A stretch of DNA of 64,000 nt from the sequence record PQ657772.1. One strand, given 5' to 3'. The first letter of the stretch is position 1; every line of letters begins with the position of its first letter. The notes beneath the pieces are model-generated. The model made no database searches. It was not told the origin of the DNA and saw nothing but the letters and a program-made list of their open reading frames with translations. A program made the position numbers and the translations under genes. Positions 25,073-34,454 of this stretch are shown here, piece after piece.

Positions 25073-26040
25073 TTTGGGCTATAACCACTTTTAATTTTAG
25101 AAATTACTTTCTTCTCGAAGAACTTACGTGCTTCTTCAATAGTTTTGAATTCTTCACCATCTGTAGTACTGGTTTTACCAATAGCACCATACTCAATAAT
25201 TACTTCACACACTGGAGCATTCAATTCAATATTATAGAATTTGTTCGAAGAACCGTGAACATATTCCAAATGTACATTATCAGGAATGTTCTGCACATAA
25301 TCATAGTTCTTGAAGATAATATCAATCATATTTTCTTCACCGCGATCAGGAAATAGTTCAGTATTATTCAGTACTAAACGCTGTGCAGCACGGAACATAT
25401 CAAAATATTGTTCACCTTTTTTCAGTTCTTTTGTATCAGAACAGAAATGACCATAGTATTCTACATAATCATTCCAAGGATAAATTCCTTCATCAGCAGT
25501 TTCAAAAGCGTAAGTTTCATCTTGTGGAACTTTAAAACCACGAGTTTTTGGATGGGAAATTAAGCACAGTGAAATATTATGACCGATATCTGAATCATCA
25601 GTAATACTACCACCAACCATATGAACAACATTTTTAATACGTTCAAAATCTACATCTTCAATTTCATGATACATTAAATGTTCTTCAATATTACTTACTA
25701 GTAATGAATTACCATTTCCTGCATCGAATTCAAAAATGAAAAGTTCTACACAATCTTCTTCTTTCATTTCAATAGTATCACTGAGTTTAATATACTCATT
25801 TTTTACTTGTTCAATATTTTCATGAGAACCAAAACTATAACGAGAACTGATATAACTACTACCATCCAACCATCCCATATCCCAAGGTTCTTCTGACATG
25901 TATTCGGTGCTATAGAAATCAGTCAAATCATCTCTCTGAGTACAAACCGTAAGAGAACGAACATTATTAAGACCTTGAACTTCAAGATTCAGTACTGTAG
26001 TGTTGCCGATTTTTTGTTCAGAAATAATTTTAGTTTTCAT
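25069..26040 (-). CDS. acidic protein with C-terminal WGR-like domain
   Basis: LEYVHGSSNKFYNI...EYGAIG....EEARKFFEKKVISKIKSGY. Confidence 0.75.
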   Translation of the reverse strand: MKTKIISEQKIGNTTVLNLEVQGLNNVRSLTVCTQRDDLTDFYSTEYMSEEPWDMGWLDGSSYISSRYSFGSHENIEQVKNEYIKLSDTIEMKEEDCVELFIFEFDAGNGNSLLVSNIEEHLMYHEIEDVDFERIKNVVHMVGGSITDDSDIGHNISLCLISHPKTRGFKVPQDETYAFETADEGIYPWNDYVEYYGHFCSDTKELKKGEQYFDMFRAAQRLVLNNTELFPDRGEENMIDIIFKNYDYVQNIPDNVHLEYVHGSSNKFYNIELNAPVCEVIIEYGAIGKTSTTDGEEFKTIEEARKFFEKKVISKIKSGYSPK

Positions 26041-26130
26041 TTAAAATACCTATTGAAATGATTTACGCCATTTGACTAGTTTAACATTCATGTAAGTAAG
26101 GAACTCACGTTCCATCTCTTCTGGACTCAT

Positions 26131-26159
26131 ATTATCGCATTGCAAAGCGAACATGTCAA
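26131..26159 (-). promoter_or_regulatory. sigma70-type promoter TTGACA-N17-GATAAT
   Basis: Read directly. Confidence 0.7.
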
Positions 26160-26171
26160 GTGCACATCATC

Positions 26172-26819
26172 CTACTTTTTTGATTTATGTAATGCAATTT
26201 GTACTCGCGTAATGAACTCACGCTCTACTTCATCTGAATTAACACCATCATATTGTGTTTTGAATAGTTCCATAGCTTTGATAGCCATCTGAACTGAAAG
26301 ATCAGCAATACTTTCAGTACTGGTACTTTCAAATACATTTTTGAGGCTTAGTTCACCATCATCAATACATTCTTTTGGTTTGTTGATTTCTGGTACTTGG
26401 ATGTATCGCAATGCTTTGTATTCTGCTTTGGTCAGATTCCCAGTCCATCTTGGTTCATTGAACAAGTCATGCATTGTAATGCCAGCTTCACCCATTAGGT
26501 GTACTAACTCTTCATTTCGGCGAATATGCTTTTCTTCATCTTTGAAATTTTTGTAAGTGTAAGCACAACGCATGATAGCCAAACGTACTTCACCACTTTT
26601 AGTAATTGTATACGTATGAATTGCATTATCGTAGTCACTTTCCCATTGTTGACCCGCATATTCGTACCAAAGGTCATTTGTCTCCCAACGGAGCATTTTA
26701 CCTTCTAGTAGCTCGTCAATCATTTTAGCCATGTTACCATGATATTCACAACTGGTAATATTAAATCCACCATTGTACTTTGCAAGGTACAGAATCTTTT
26801 CTTGTGATACATTTTTCAT
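26172..26819 (-). CDS. hypothetical protein
   Basis: Tiles. Confidence 0.7.
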   Translation of the reverse strand: MKNVSQEKILYLAKYNGGFNITSCEYHGNMAKMIDELLEGKMLRWETNDLWYEYAGQQWESDYDNAIHTYTITKSGEVRLAIMRCAYTYKNFKDEEKHIRRNEELVHLMGEAGITMHDLFNEPRWTGNLTKAEYKALRYIQVPEINKPKECIDDGELSLKNVFESTSTESIADLSVQMAIKAMELFKTQYDGVNSDEVEREFITRVQIALHKSKK

Positions 26820-27157
26820 TACATGTAATCCTTGATGTATTTTAGCAGTTTAGATTTCTCTTCGGTACTTAATGATTTCTTGTTCATCAAGTGTTTCATT
26901 TCTTGACGTTCAATTTCTTCACATCTTTTAGATTCAGCTTCAATTCGTGTATGGTATTCTTCGTCAGTTTCTTCTCTGGTCCAAATTACATTGTATCCAT
27001 CAAAACCACCGTAACCACCGTCTGGTGAAAGACTAATGTATCCCTTGTACTCTGAACGGTACTTATTAAGAGTGTCAATAAAGGTATCAATGCCACACTG
27101 TTCAATTTCAATATAACCAATCACGACAGCAACTTCAATTTTGTTCATAAAGTTCAC
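26819..27157 (-). CDS. hypothetical protein
   Basis: REETDEEY..RI motif; tiles. Confidence 0.7.
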   Translation of the reverse strand: MNFMNKIEVAVVIGYIEIEQCGIDTFIDTLNKYRSEYKGYISLSPDGGYGGFDGYNVIWTREETDEEYHTRIEAESKRCEEIERQEMKHLMNKKSLSTEEKSKLLKYIKDYM

Positions 27158-27161
27158 CTAT

Positions 27162-27185
27162 AAAAATAGGGAGCATTAGCTCCCT
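27162..27185 (-). terminator. intrinsic terminator
   Basis: AGGGAGC-TAAT-GCTCCCT plus T run. Confidence 0.7.
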
Positions 27186-27733
27186 TTGTATTGATGTTTA
27201 CGTTTAGTACTGTATTTCCAGCCAGTACTGTGTCTTGTTCTGATATCATCCCAATACGATGGTAGTGAACGCATCTTACGTCTTCCACGTATATCCGGTT
27301 CCCCCTCATCCTTCAGTACTGCACAAGCCATACGACGCTCTTGTTGGGTCTTAGGACGTTTGTATCTGGAGTGGTTATGTTTGTACATATACGAACGCTT
27401 GTGTCGCCATTCAGTGTCACGAGCATTTCGTTTATGATCCCAGTACTCATTATAGAGTATCATGTATTCACCCATAAGTAAATCAGGAGATACAAGTAAT
27501 CCTTTTTCAGTACAAAGATAATAACCTACGAACTTTTCTGGATACATTTCGTAATAGAAACGGTTCTTCCAAAATGTTTCACGATTCTTTTTGTTGAATT
27601 CAGCTAAATCGAATTTCATCTTACTGTGGAAACGGTCTATACCGTCATGTTCCGCAATGTACTCTAACAGATTATCAATAATCTCAACTTTACCTGAATC
27701 ATGGTACAACGTAAATGTTTGGTCAAAAAACAT
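27176..27733 (-). CDS. hypothetical protein with basic C-terminus
   Basis: IRGRRKMRSLPSYWDDI...WK...RKHQYK, a common phage pattern. Confidence 0.75.
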   Translation of the reverse strand: MFFDQTFTLYHDSGKVEIIDNLLEYIAEHDGIDRFHSKMKFDLAEFNKKNRETFWKNRFYYEMYPEKFVGYYLCTEKGLLVSPDLLMGEYMILYNEYWDHKRNARDTEWRHKRSYMYKHNHSRYKRPKTQQERRMACAVLKDEGEPDIRGRRKMRSLPSYWDDIRTRHSTGWKYSTKRKHQYKGS

Positions 27734-27824
27734 ATATTTCTCCTTTAAGTTAAACTAACCTAATGGAATGTCATTCTTCCTTTACTACATGTTCTCATGG
27801 TTTAATCCTTTTGTCAATATCTAG

Positions 27825-27855
27825 AAAGAAAAAATCCCTGCCAAAAGACAGGGAT
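27825..27855 (-). terminator. intrinsic terminator
   Basis: ATCCCTG...CAGGGAT stem plus T7. Confidence 0.75.
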
Positions 27856-27949
27856 GAAAAACTGAAATAACACATGGAGTTCTTTTTAAATTAATAAAAA
27901 GTATTATTATTCTTATGAAAGTATTTATCATGAACTCCAGTTTATTGCT

Positions 27950-28147
27950 TCAAATGCCCCAATAACCTTTTTGTGCTACTATCTCACGGTATTGAGCACG
28001 AGTTAGAACACCTTGTTTACGTAGAGCTTGAAGACCTGATAGGGTTTCTGCTTTACGTAGTTCGTAATTGCGTTGTTCTTTAGATTGAATAACTTTAACT
28101 TTCTTAACTTTTGCTACTGGTTCTTTTTTCTTAGGTTGCTTTGCCAT
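27950..28147 (-). CDS. small basic protein
   Basis: Lys-rich; AGGAGA SD; own promoter. Confidence 0.7.
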   Translation of the reverse strand: MAKQPKKKEPVAKVKKVKVIQSKEQRNYELRKAETLSGLQALRKQGVLTRAQYREIVAQKGYWGI

Positions 28148-28177
28148 GAGTATTTCTCCTTTGTTGTTAACAATATT

Positions 28178-28205
28178 ATTATATCATGTATGGGACGAAT
28201 GTCCC
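28178..28205 (-). promoter_or_regulatory. promoter GGGACA-N13-TGA-TATAAT within a perfect hairpin
   Basis: TGTATGGGAC-ATTC-GTCCCATACA overlaps the -35 and spacer. Confidence 0.75.
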
Positions 28206-28213
28206 ATACATTA

Positions 28214-29653
28214 TTACATATTTTCTTCAGCAAATTCTGCCAGTGGTGAACGAACGACACCTTCTAGTTCGATTACACGACAACCGTCCCAGTTCTTGAA
28301 CTTCTCGGTAACATAAGTTAGACCGCTGTTAACTGGACTAATGAATTTAGAGTCAATCTGGCTCAAGTTGCCCATAATAACCACTTTACAGTTCATTCCT
28401 GCACGAGTCAGGATTGTTTTAGCCTGAGCAGGAGTAATGTTCTGGAATTCATCCACTACTAGGATAGTGTTTGTGAAAGAACGCCCACGAACGAAGTTTA
28501 GTGCTTTGAACTGGATAACATTACGTTTCATGATTTCTTCGATACTGCCTTGTGGGTTAGCATCATCTTTGTGTAGGAATTCCAACGCATCAATGGCAGC
28601 TCCACAGAATGGAATCACCTTCTCTGCCTCAGAACCTGGCAAGAAACCAATGTCTTCGAATTGGGAATCTTGTGTTTTGGAGAAGATGATACGGTCGTAT
28701 TTTTTCTTCTCTAGTACTAGCTCCAGTGCAGTAGCAATGGTGATCAATGTTTTACCAGTACCTGCGGAACCCAACAGTACTGTTAGATGAACATCAGGAT
28801 CTAGAATACTGTTGATTGCTAGTGCTTGTTGAATATTCTTAGCCTTAATATCCCACACTTTAGCACGTAGAGCAACAGATTGTCCAATATCTTGGAATAC
28901 AAGAATATCTTCTGGTGTTAAAGTACCATCATCTTCTTCAATTGCAGATTGGCCTTCGTACACAAATAGAACATCAGCATTATCATATAGGTAATCACCG
29001 ATGCAAATATTTTGTGGCATGATATGTTCAATCAAGCTTTTTGGAATGTAGTGATACAAACGGCGACCAACTTGTTCAGATTGGATAGACACATCAGTTA
29101 GATTGCTATACACATCCCAAAAATCTAGGTCGAGGTGATGTTGACCAATGTGAATCAAATCACTATCACCAATCACGATATCATGACGATAATCTTGAAC
29201 TTCCACCCCGTAGCTTAGAGCCTTGATACGCATATTGATATCACGGGTAACCAGTACTGAATCAGTTGCTAATGCTACTAAAATGATTTTATCATCTGGT
29301 ACTGTGCTTTTTAGAAGAGTTTGAACTTTCTCTTCGTTACCAGCAGTACGAATTAGTGCTTCAGCTTCTTCGCTTGTAATAACAAACAATTTGCTTTCAG
29401 GACTCATATTAGTATGAACATCAGCAATATTAACACCAGTACTACTAATTTCTTCATGTGATGCATCAGAAAGGATAGCTTCAATGTTACGGATTGCAAC
29501 ACGAGCATCACGGGAAACATCCACATTACGACTTTTGATTGAATCCAATTCTTCAAGTACTGTGAACGGTAGAATGATAGCTGCTCCATCAAAAGCAATG
29601 GTAGCATTTGGATCAGATAGTAGTACGTTTGTGTCAATTGTATATTTTTTCAT
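28214..29653 (-). CDS. phoH: PIN-PhoH family ATPase
   Basis: IDTNVLL PIN start, GSAGTGKT, RGRSF, VVDEFQN, GNLSQID, VRSPLA. Confidence 0.95.
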   Translation of the reverse strand: MKKYTIDTNVLLSDPNATIAFDGAAIILPFTVLEELDSIKSRNVDVSRDARVAIRNIEAILSDASHEEISSTGVNIADVHTNMSPESKLFVITSEEAEALIRTAGNEEKVQTLLKSTVPDDKIILVALATDSVLVTRDINMRIKALSYGVEVQDYRHDIVIGDSDLIHIGQHHLDLDFWDVYSNLTDVSIQSEQVGRRLYHYIPKSLIEHIMPQNICIGDYLYDNADVLFVYEGQSAIEEDDGTLTPEDILVFQDIGQSVALRAKVWDIKAKNIQQALAINSILDPDVHLTVLLGSAGTGKTLITIATALELVLEKKKYDRIIFSKTQDSQFEDIGFLPGSEAEKVIPFCGAAIDALEFLHKDDANPQGSIEEIMKRNVIQFKALNFVRGRSFTNTILVVDEFQNITPAQAKTILTRAGMNCKVVIMGNLSQIDSKFISPVNSGLTYVTEKFKNWDGCRVIELEGVVRSPLAEFAEENM

Positions 29654-29714
29654 AAAACATCCTTGAGTTATGAGTACATCCTTGTACTCGACTAATGGTT
29701 AGTGACTCGGAATA

Positions 29715-30017
29715 TTACATGCTCGGTTCGTATTCAACATAACATCTTGAACCACGAGCCTTTTCCTCCCAGCATTCTTGGTAAACTAGTTGACCAATTG
29801 ATACTGGATCTCTTGATAACCCATTACGAACTTCACCAGTACTGGTTTTATAAGTAAATGAGCATTTATTTTCATTACATTGACCTAATCCTATTACAGT
29901 CGCTGTATTGTAATGAATATTATAACGTTTAGTGTTCTCATGATATGAACTGAACCACAGAACACCTATACCTAATAGCGTTGTGCAAATAAGACTCTTG
30001 ATATGTGTTGAAATCAT
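29715..30017 (-). CDS. secreted/membrane-anchored Cys protein
   Basis: N-terminal TM, four Cys. Confidence 0.65.
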   Translation of the reverse strand: MISTHIKSLICTTLLGIGVLWFSSYHENTKRYNIHYNTATVIGLGQCNENKCSFTYKTSTGEVRNGLSRDPVSIGQLVYQECWEEKARGSRCYVEYEPSM

Positions 30018-30334
30018 AGTGCATTAAATCCATTAGTTAAGTAAGTTTCAATATTAACTTTCCCTACTGGATTACTACTATGTACATAGTATTTAAATGG
30101 TTCTTTAATATTATGCTCAAACATATAATCAATTAGAAATTTGGCAAAAGTGTATCCAGTTTTCTCATCTGTACTCAAGTCACCCAAGTCATGGTCAAAT
30201 GAGACAAATGCTGGAATTCCATTTTTGATTACGTATTCACATGCACTTTCGTAGTCACGACACAATACCATCTCTTGGTCAGGATAATATTTTTGATAAT
30301 CACGAATATCATCCAAGAACATTGAGTACGACAT
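30014..30334 (-). CDS. cyclic-phosphate-processing receiver-like domain protein
   Basis: MFLDDIRD...VSFDHDLG...TGY....L...HSSNPVG..NI. Confidence 0.8.
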   Translation of the reverse strand: MSYSMFLDDIRDYQKYYPDQEMVLCRDYESACEYVIKNGIPAFVSFDHDLGDLSTDEKTGYTFAKFLIDYMFEHNIKEPFKYYVHSSNPVGKVNIETYLTNGFNAL

Positions 30335-30343
30335 TTTAAACTC

Positions 30344-30895
30344 CTATAGATAGCTGATTAGTAAGTTTTCTTTTTGTACAAGATACTCTAATTCTTGTTT
30401 CGCAGTTCCGATGAAGTTCTGTGTCATAAGATTATTATATCCTGCTTCTCGATTTTGTCCCTTCGAATAACGAGAGATGTGACATAAATTTACACCAGCC
30501 ACCTCTGCACTAGCATGTTTGCCATATGCATAATTATCACGAAGTTTTTTAAGTTCAGCATAAGTCATTTCATAACTATAGCTATGTGAGTGACCCTCTG
30601 GAAACAATTCAAGTGATTTTAATGGAGACAGGCGACTTTTGTCAATGATATAGTTCATTTCTTCTTGAACTTCACGTTGTAACGCATCTTCTAATGACTT
30701 ATCAGTACTTTCAACTGTTCCACCACATGCACCCAACAATCCATCCCAACGCACTTGTAGGAGTACTAAGTTAACCACTGGAATATCATTTAGTTCATAA
30801 CCAGAGTATGGGGTACATTCTTTTGCATAAAAGAAACAGAATACAAAATTTGCACGTTTCCCCAGTTGTCCCAGTGGTACTTCAGCTTTACTCAT
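30344..30895 (-). CDS. Nudix hydrolase, NUDT16-like
   Basis: LQVRWDGLLG..GG.V...D.SLEDALQREVQEE, EVAG, NFIGTAKQEL. Confidence 0.85.
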   Translation of the reverse strand: MSKAEVPLGQLGKRANFVFCFFYAKECTPYSGYELNDIPVVNLVLLQVRWDGLLGACGGTVESTDKSLEDALQREVQEEMNYIIDKSRLSPLKSLELFPEGHSHSYSYEMTYAELKKLRDNYAYGKHASAEVAGVNLCHISRYSKGQNREAGYNNLMTQNFIGTAKQELEYLVQKENLLISYL

Positions 30896-31644
30896 CGCAT
30901 TCGTTCCTTAATTATAGTTTCAACCTGTGGAATTGCTTTCGTCGCAGGTTTGATGACCTTCTCATTAAAAAGAAAATCATTATCATTTTTTCGGATGTTA
31001 ACATTTACACTATAGCATGGAAGTGCACCAGCTAGTCTGGACCATACCAGTACTGTATCACTACTTCCAATAACTACAACTGTATCATTTTCTGTGAGAC
31101 TTTTCAACACTTCATTTCGTTCTTCATAAATGGGGAGACGTACCCCATCAACGTAGCGATGATACTCACCAATCATCACTACATTTGGTTTTGCAAAAAC
31201 ATCAGCTTTAGGGATATATGGTTCATAACCACAATTAATGACATTGTAATCATCGGTATTAATAGAAAAGTTCTCAATTACTTCACATAAATTGCCGTGT
31301 AGTTTGAGTTCGGTTCCACCAATTCTAGTATATAGATCATCCATATTAGAAGTCATGTGTAAAAAACAATCACCATACAAATCTTCTAATGATTTAATAA
31401 AGTAATGCATTTCATTAGGATGACATTCACCTAATTTTACACGCAATGTATTATAAAATGAATGAACTACATGATACTTAGAACTAAGTCGTGCAATGTT
31501 ACAAACATCATTAATTTTGAAATTGTCCCACAACCCATCATCAAAGCGGAATGGTTCCATCCCGCTCTCAACTGAAAGACCTGCCCCTGAAATTATAAGT
31601 AATCTTTTGTTCCCAGCATTTTGTATAAATTTATCTGATATCAC
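30892..31644 (-). CDS. Sir2/CobB-family NAD-dependent deacylase
   Basis: ISGAGLSVESG...FR, TSNMDD, LHG, KPNVV, VIGSS. Confidence 0.9.
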   Translation of the reverse strand: MISDKFIQNAGNKRLLIISGAGLSVESGMEPFRFDDGLWDNFKINDVCNIARLSSKYHVVHSFYNTLRVKLGECHPNEMHYFIKSLEDLYGDCFLHMTSNMDDLYTRIGGTELKLHGNLCEVIENFSINTDDYNVINCGYEPYIPKADVFAKPNVVMIGEYHRYVDGVRLPIYEERNEVLKSLTENDTVVVIGSSDTVLVWSRLAGALPCYSVNVNIRKNDNDFLFNEKVIKPATKAIPQVETIIKERMR

Positions 31645-31653
31645 ATTTACTCC

Positions 31654-31845
31654 TTATATAAAAAGTATCAAGTTTAATACTAAAAATACAATGATAGCAA
31701 TATGATAGACATACATCCACTTATTGTGTCCATGTTTATTACCATTCCTGAATTCTCGGTATAAACATTTAGTGTGATTGTATAACACCACACAAATAAA
31801 CACAACTATGAAACAAAAAATCCACTCGTAAACTATGTATGCCAT
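31654..31845 (-). CDS. small membrane protein
   Basis: Two TM segments. Confidence 0.6.
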   Translation of the reverse strand: MAYIVYEWIFCFIVVFICVVLYNHTKCLYREFRNGNKHGHNKWMYVYHIAIIVFLVLNLILFI

Positions 31846-31876
31846 CAGATATACTCTCTCTTTATAATTATTATTC

Positions 31877-32470
31877 TCAGTATTTCAAAATATCAAACTC
31901 TGGACTAACACTTGTTACATTATCACTGACAATTTTGAAAATAGACTCAACACGTTCATGTAACTGAACATTGGTTTCTTCTTGAACTTCAATATACGCT
32001 GACATGGATGCAATTGCATGATACGTCCCGCTTCCGACAGCAGTAATTTGTGTTTTAGGTTGCAGTACTGAAAAGTCTTCTTGAACTTCATAAATCGTAT
32101 GATTATGAAGAATAATGAACTGACCACCACCAACGTCTTGTGATGCATCACGAGCACCCCATTCATCTTTAAACATTTGACGAATGATAGGAATAACTTT
32201 CAGTACTAGATACTGTGAAAAGGTTTCCCCTGCAACTTGTTCTGGTAGAGTTAGGTTGTAATTCAACAACTGTCCCATGCGGAACGAGGTAGTATACCCC
32301 AACGCCATTACTTCTTTAGTGCGAGAAAGACCATCCTCATTGAGTTTAATGAACTCTTTCTCAAATACTTTAGGCTCAGTTTGAACTGCTTTAGTGAAAC
32401 CATTGCTTCCTAATTTATCACCAGCGATGAAGGAAGATGTGCCATTTGTGTGAGCGATAATACAAGTCAT
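31877..32470 (-). CDS. HslV/proteasome-beta-like Ntn hydrolase
   Basis: Likely start M-TCIIA (N-terminal Thr), AGD, AVGSG..HAIASM. Confidence 0.75.
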   Translation of the reverse strand: MTCIIAHTNGTSSFIAGDKLGSNGFTKAVQTEPKVFEKEFIKLNEDGLSRTKEVMALGYTTSFRMGQLLNYNLTLPEQVAGETFSQYLVLKVIPIIRQMFKDEWGARDASQDVGGGQFIILHNHTIYEVQEDFSVLQPKTQITAVGSGTYHAIASMSAYIEVQEETNVQLHERVESIFKIVSDNVTSVSPEFDILKY

Positions 32471-32727
32471 GAAATAACTCCTTGTGCAAAAAGGGCCGTA
32501 TACAACCAGTATATCAACAACCCTAGTGTAAGTAAACATGCTCCATAAGAAATTGATAGAACATAGTAAATTCCTGCTTCTAACTTGGATGAAAATTTGT
32601 GTGTACTGGAATCCATAAAACCACGTTTGTAGTCTTTATAGATGAAACATGTTAAAACTAATGTAATGCAATATACAATAGTTGTTGCATAAAAAACAAG
32701 AGATGTTAAGTTTTGTAAATTTGTCAT
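32467..32727 (-). CDS. membrane protein
   Basis: Two TM segments. Confidence 0.6.
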   Translation of the reverse strand: MTNLQNLTSLVFYATTIVYCITLVLTCFIYKDYKRGFMDSSTHKFSSKLEAGIYYVLSISYGACLLTLGLLIYWLYTALFAQGVIS

Positions 32728-32819
32728 AGTTTATACACTCCTAGTGTATGTGAACTTATAACAAAGGATGTACCACTTTATCATCCTCTTATTATAATAT
32801 TATTATTTTGTATCTAATA

Positions 32820-33428
32820 CTAATGAATGATACTACCTAATTCGAGCAACTGATCTGGTGTAAGTCTCACAACTTCATTACCACGAACCTTACTAACCTC
32901 CACTAACAATTCTGGAGGAATACCATTCGCTGCATATAACGCAAATAGAACACCAACCTTAGTTGATAGCTGTTCAGCAAAAATAGTCATTTGGCGAACT
33001 GATATGTATGTGTCATCACTATTTCGTGCTTTACTTTCGATTGACACATTATGTAGACCTAGAATTGAGTCCTTCATCATGTATCTGTTTTCTATATTAG
33101 CACTAAAGAATGCGATAGTGCAAGAAGAATTACAATATCTTTCAACAATAATTGTTAAATTGTTATCATTGACAAAATTTCCTAGTACCACTCCCGCATC
33201 AAAATCACCACCAGGTGACGTAATGATGATAGTGTCAAATGGGTGTGTTTCTCTAAAAACCATCAAACGGTTTACAGTATTTTCAGTTAAAGTTGAAATG
33301 AACTGAACTGTCTGTTTAGATTCATCATATCTAATGATACTTTTTCTTTCAACACCTGCACTTGCAGGAAAGTTAATTAAGAAAATAATAATAATAGATT
33401 GGATGATTTCTTTACATAATCGTACCAC
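32820..33428 (-). CDS. exported ClpP/crotonase-fold protein (COG3904-like)
   Basis: Signal peptide, ITSPGGD...G, C.SSC...F, LGLH. Confidence 0.7.
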   Translation of the reverse strand: MVRLCKEIIQSIIIIFLINFPASAGVERKSIIRYDESKQTVQFISTLTENTVNRLMVFRETHPFDTIIITSPGGDFDAGVVLGNFVNDNNLTIIVERYCNSSCTIAFFSANIENRYMMKDSILGLHNVSIESKARNSDDTYISVRQMTIFAEQLSTKVGVLFALYAANGIPPELLVEVSKVRGNEVVRLTPDQLLELGSIIH

Positions 33429-33564
33429 TGGTTAACCCTCTTAGTTGATTGTTGATTACATAAATAATATTATAGGAAGATTTAACTTAAGTCAAATTGT
33501 TTTTTATATCACTTCACAAATTCCCTCGCAGAATCACCCCGCCTTTTTTACCTTCTTTGGAATG

Positions 33565-33592
33565 ATTATATCACACTAATGTATAATGTCTA
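33565..33592 (-). promoter_or_regulatory. promoter TAGACA-N13-TGA-TATAAT
   Basis: Read directly. Confidence 0.7.
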
Positions 33593-33679
33593 TGCTTTTG
33601 TCAACAAATAACGTGGTAGTACTGAACTCGTTGTTGGTTCTAAGAGTTTTCCTGAAATTCAAACAAGTTGTGTACTAAC

Positions 33680-33715
33680 AAAAGAAAAAGGAGCCTTATG
33701 GCTCCTTTTTCTTTT
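33680..33715. terminator. bidirectional intrinsic terminator
   Basis: AAAAGAAAAAGGAGCC-TTAT-GGCTCCTTTTTCTTTT perfect inverted repeat. Confidence 0.85.
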
Positions 33716-33981
33716 TATTCTACCGTATTAAGTTTCTGACAAATCATGTCAGCTTCAACACGGTCTTTATAATAAATGGTAAAACCAAATTTACCAGTTA
33801 CTTTATACTCTTTACAAGTTAAACAATTTACAATGTAGTACTTGTTGTTTTGTGCTGAAAATCGTACTTCATGATTACGCATCACTGGTGGAGTAGTATT
33901 ATCATTTAATACCATCATCACTAAAAGTACAAGAATCACAACTGCAAATGGAATACCTAAAATCAAGAAAGTCAAAGTCAC
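33715..33981 (-). CDS. membrane-anchored hypothetical protein
   Basis: N-terminal TM. Confidence 0.65.
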   Translation of the reverse strand: MTLTFLILGIPFAVVILVLLVMMVLNDNTTPPVMRNHEVRFSAQNNKYYIVNCLTCKEYKVTGKFGFTIYYKDRVEADMICQKLNTVE

Positions 33982-34454
33982 AACCCCTTATCATAAATGC
34001 AATTTACAATAATCCCAGCATCTTCCAGTACTTTAATAGCTTCTGGTGGAGTGCGAGGATAACTTTTGTGATAAATCACACGAGCAATACCACTTCCCGC
34101 GATCAACTTAGAACAAGTATAGCATGGTTGTAGCGTTGTGTAAAGTGTTGCTCCCTGACGTTCAGTAGGTGAACTGTATAACAATGCATTCATTTCAGCA
34201 TGGATTTCATGGATATTACTCCATTCATGGTGTTCATGCTTTGCGTCATCGCTAACCCAGTCTTGGAAACGTCCACCATTAACTAAGTGCTCATTAGCGT
34301 CACAGCAGTTAGGTTGTTTAGATGGAGTACCATTATAACCAGTACTCAATACTCGGTTATTTTTAACAATAACACAACCAACTTTCTGTGAAATGCATTT
34401 ACTCTCTTCAGCCACGACTTCGGCTATCTTCAACCACGTCAAGTGTTTCATCAT
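33978..34454 (-). CDS. cd: dCMP deaminase
   Basis: KVGCVIVK...STGYNG, IHAEMNAL, TLQPCYTCSK. Confidence 0.95.
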   Translation of the reverse strand: MMKHLTWLKIAEVVAEESKCISQKVGCVIVKNNRVLSTGYNGTPSKQPNCCDANEHLVNGGRFQDWVSDDAKHEHHEWSNIHEIHAEMNALLYSSPTERQGATLYTTLQPCYTCSKLIAGSGIARVIYHKSYPRTPPEAIKVLEDAGIIVNCIYDKGL

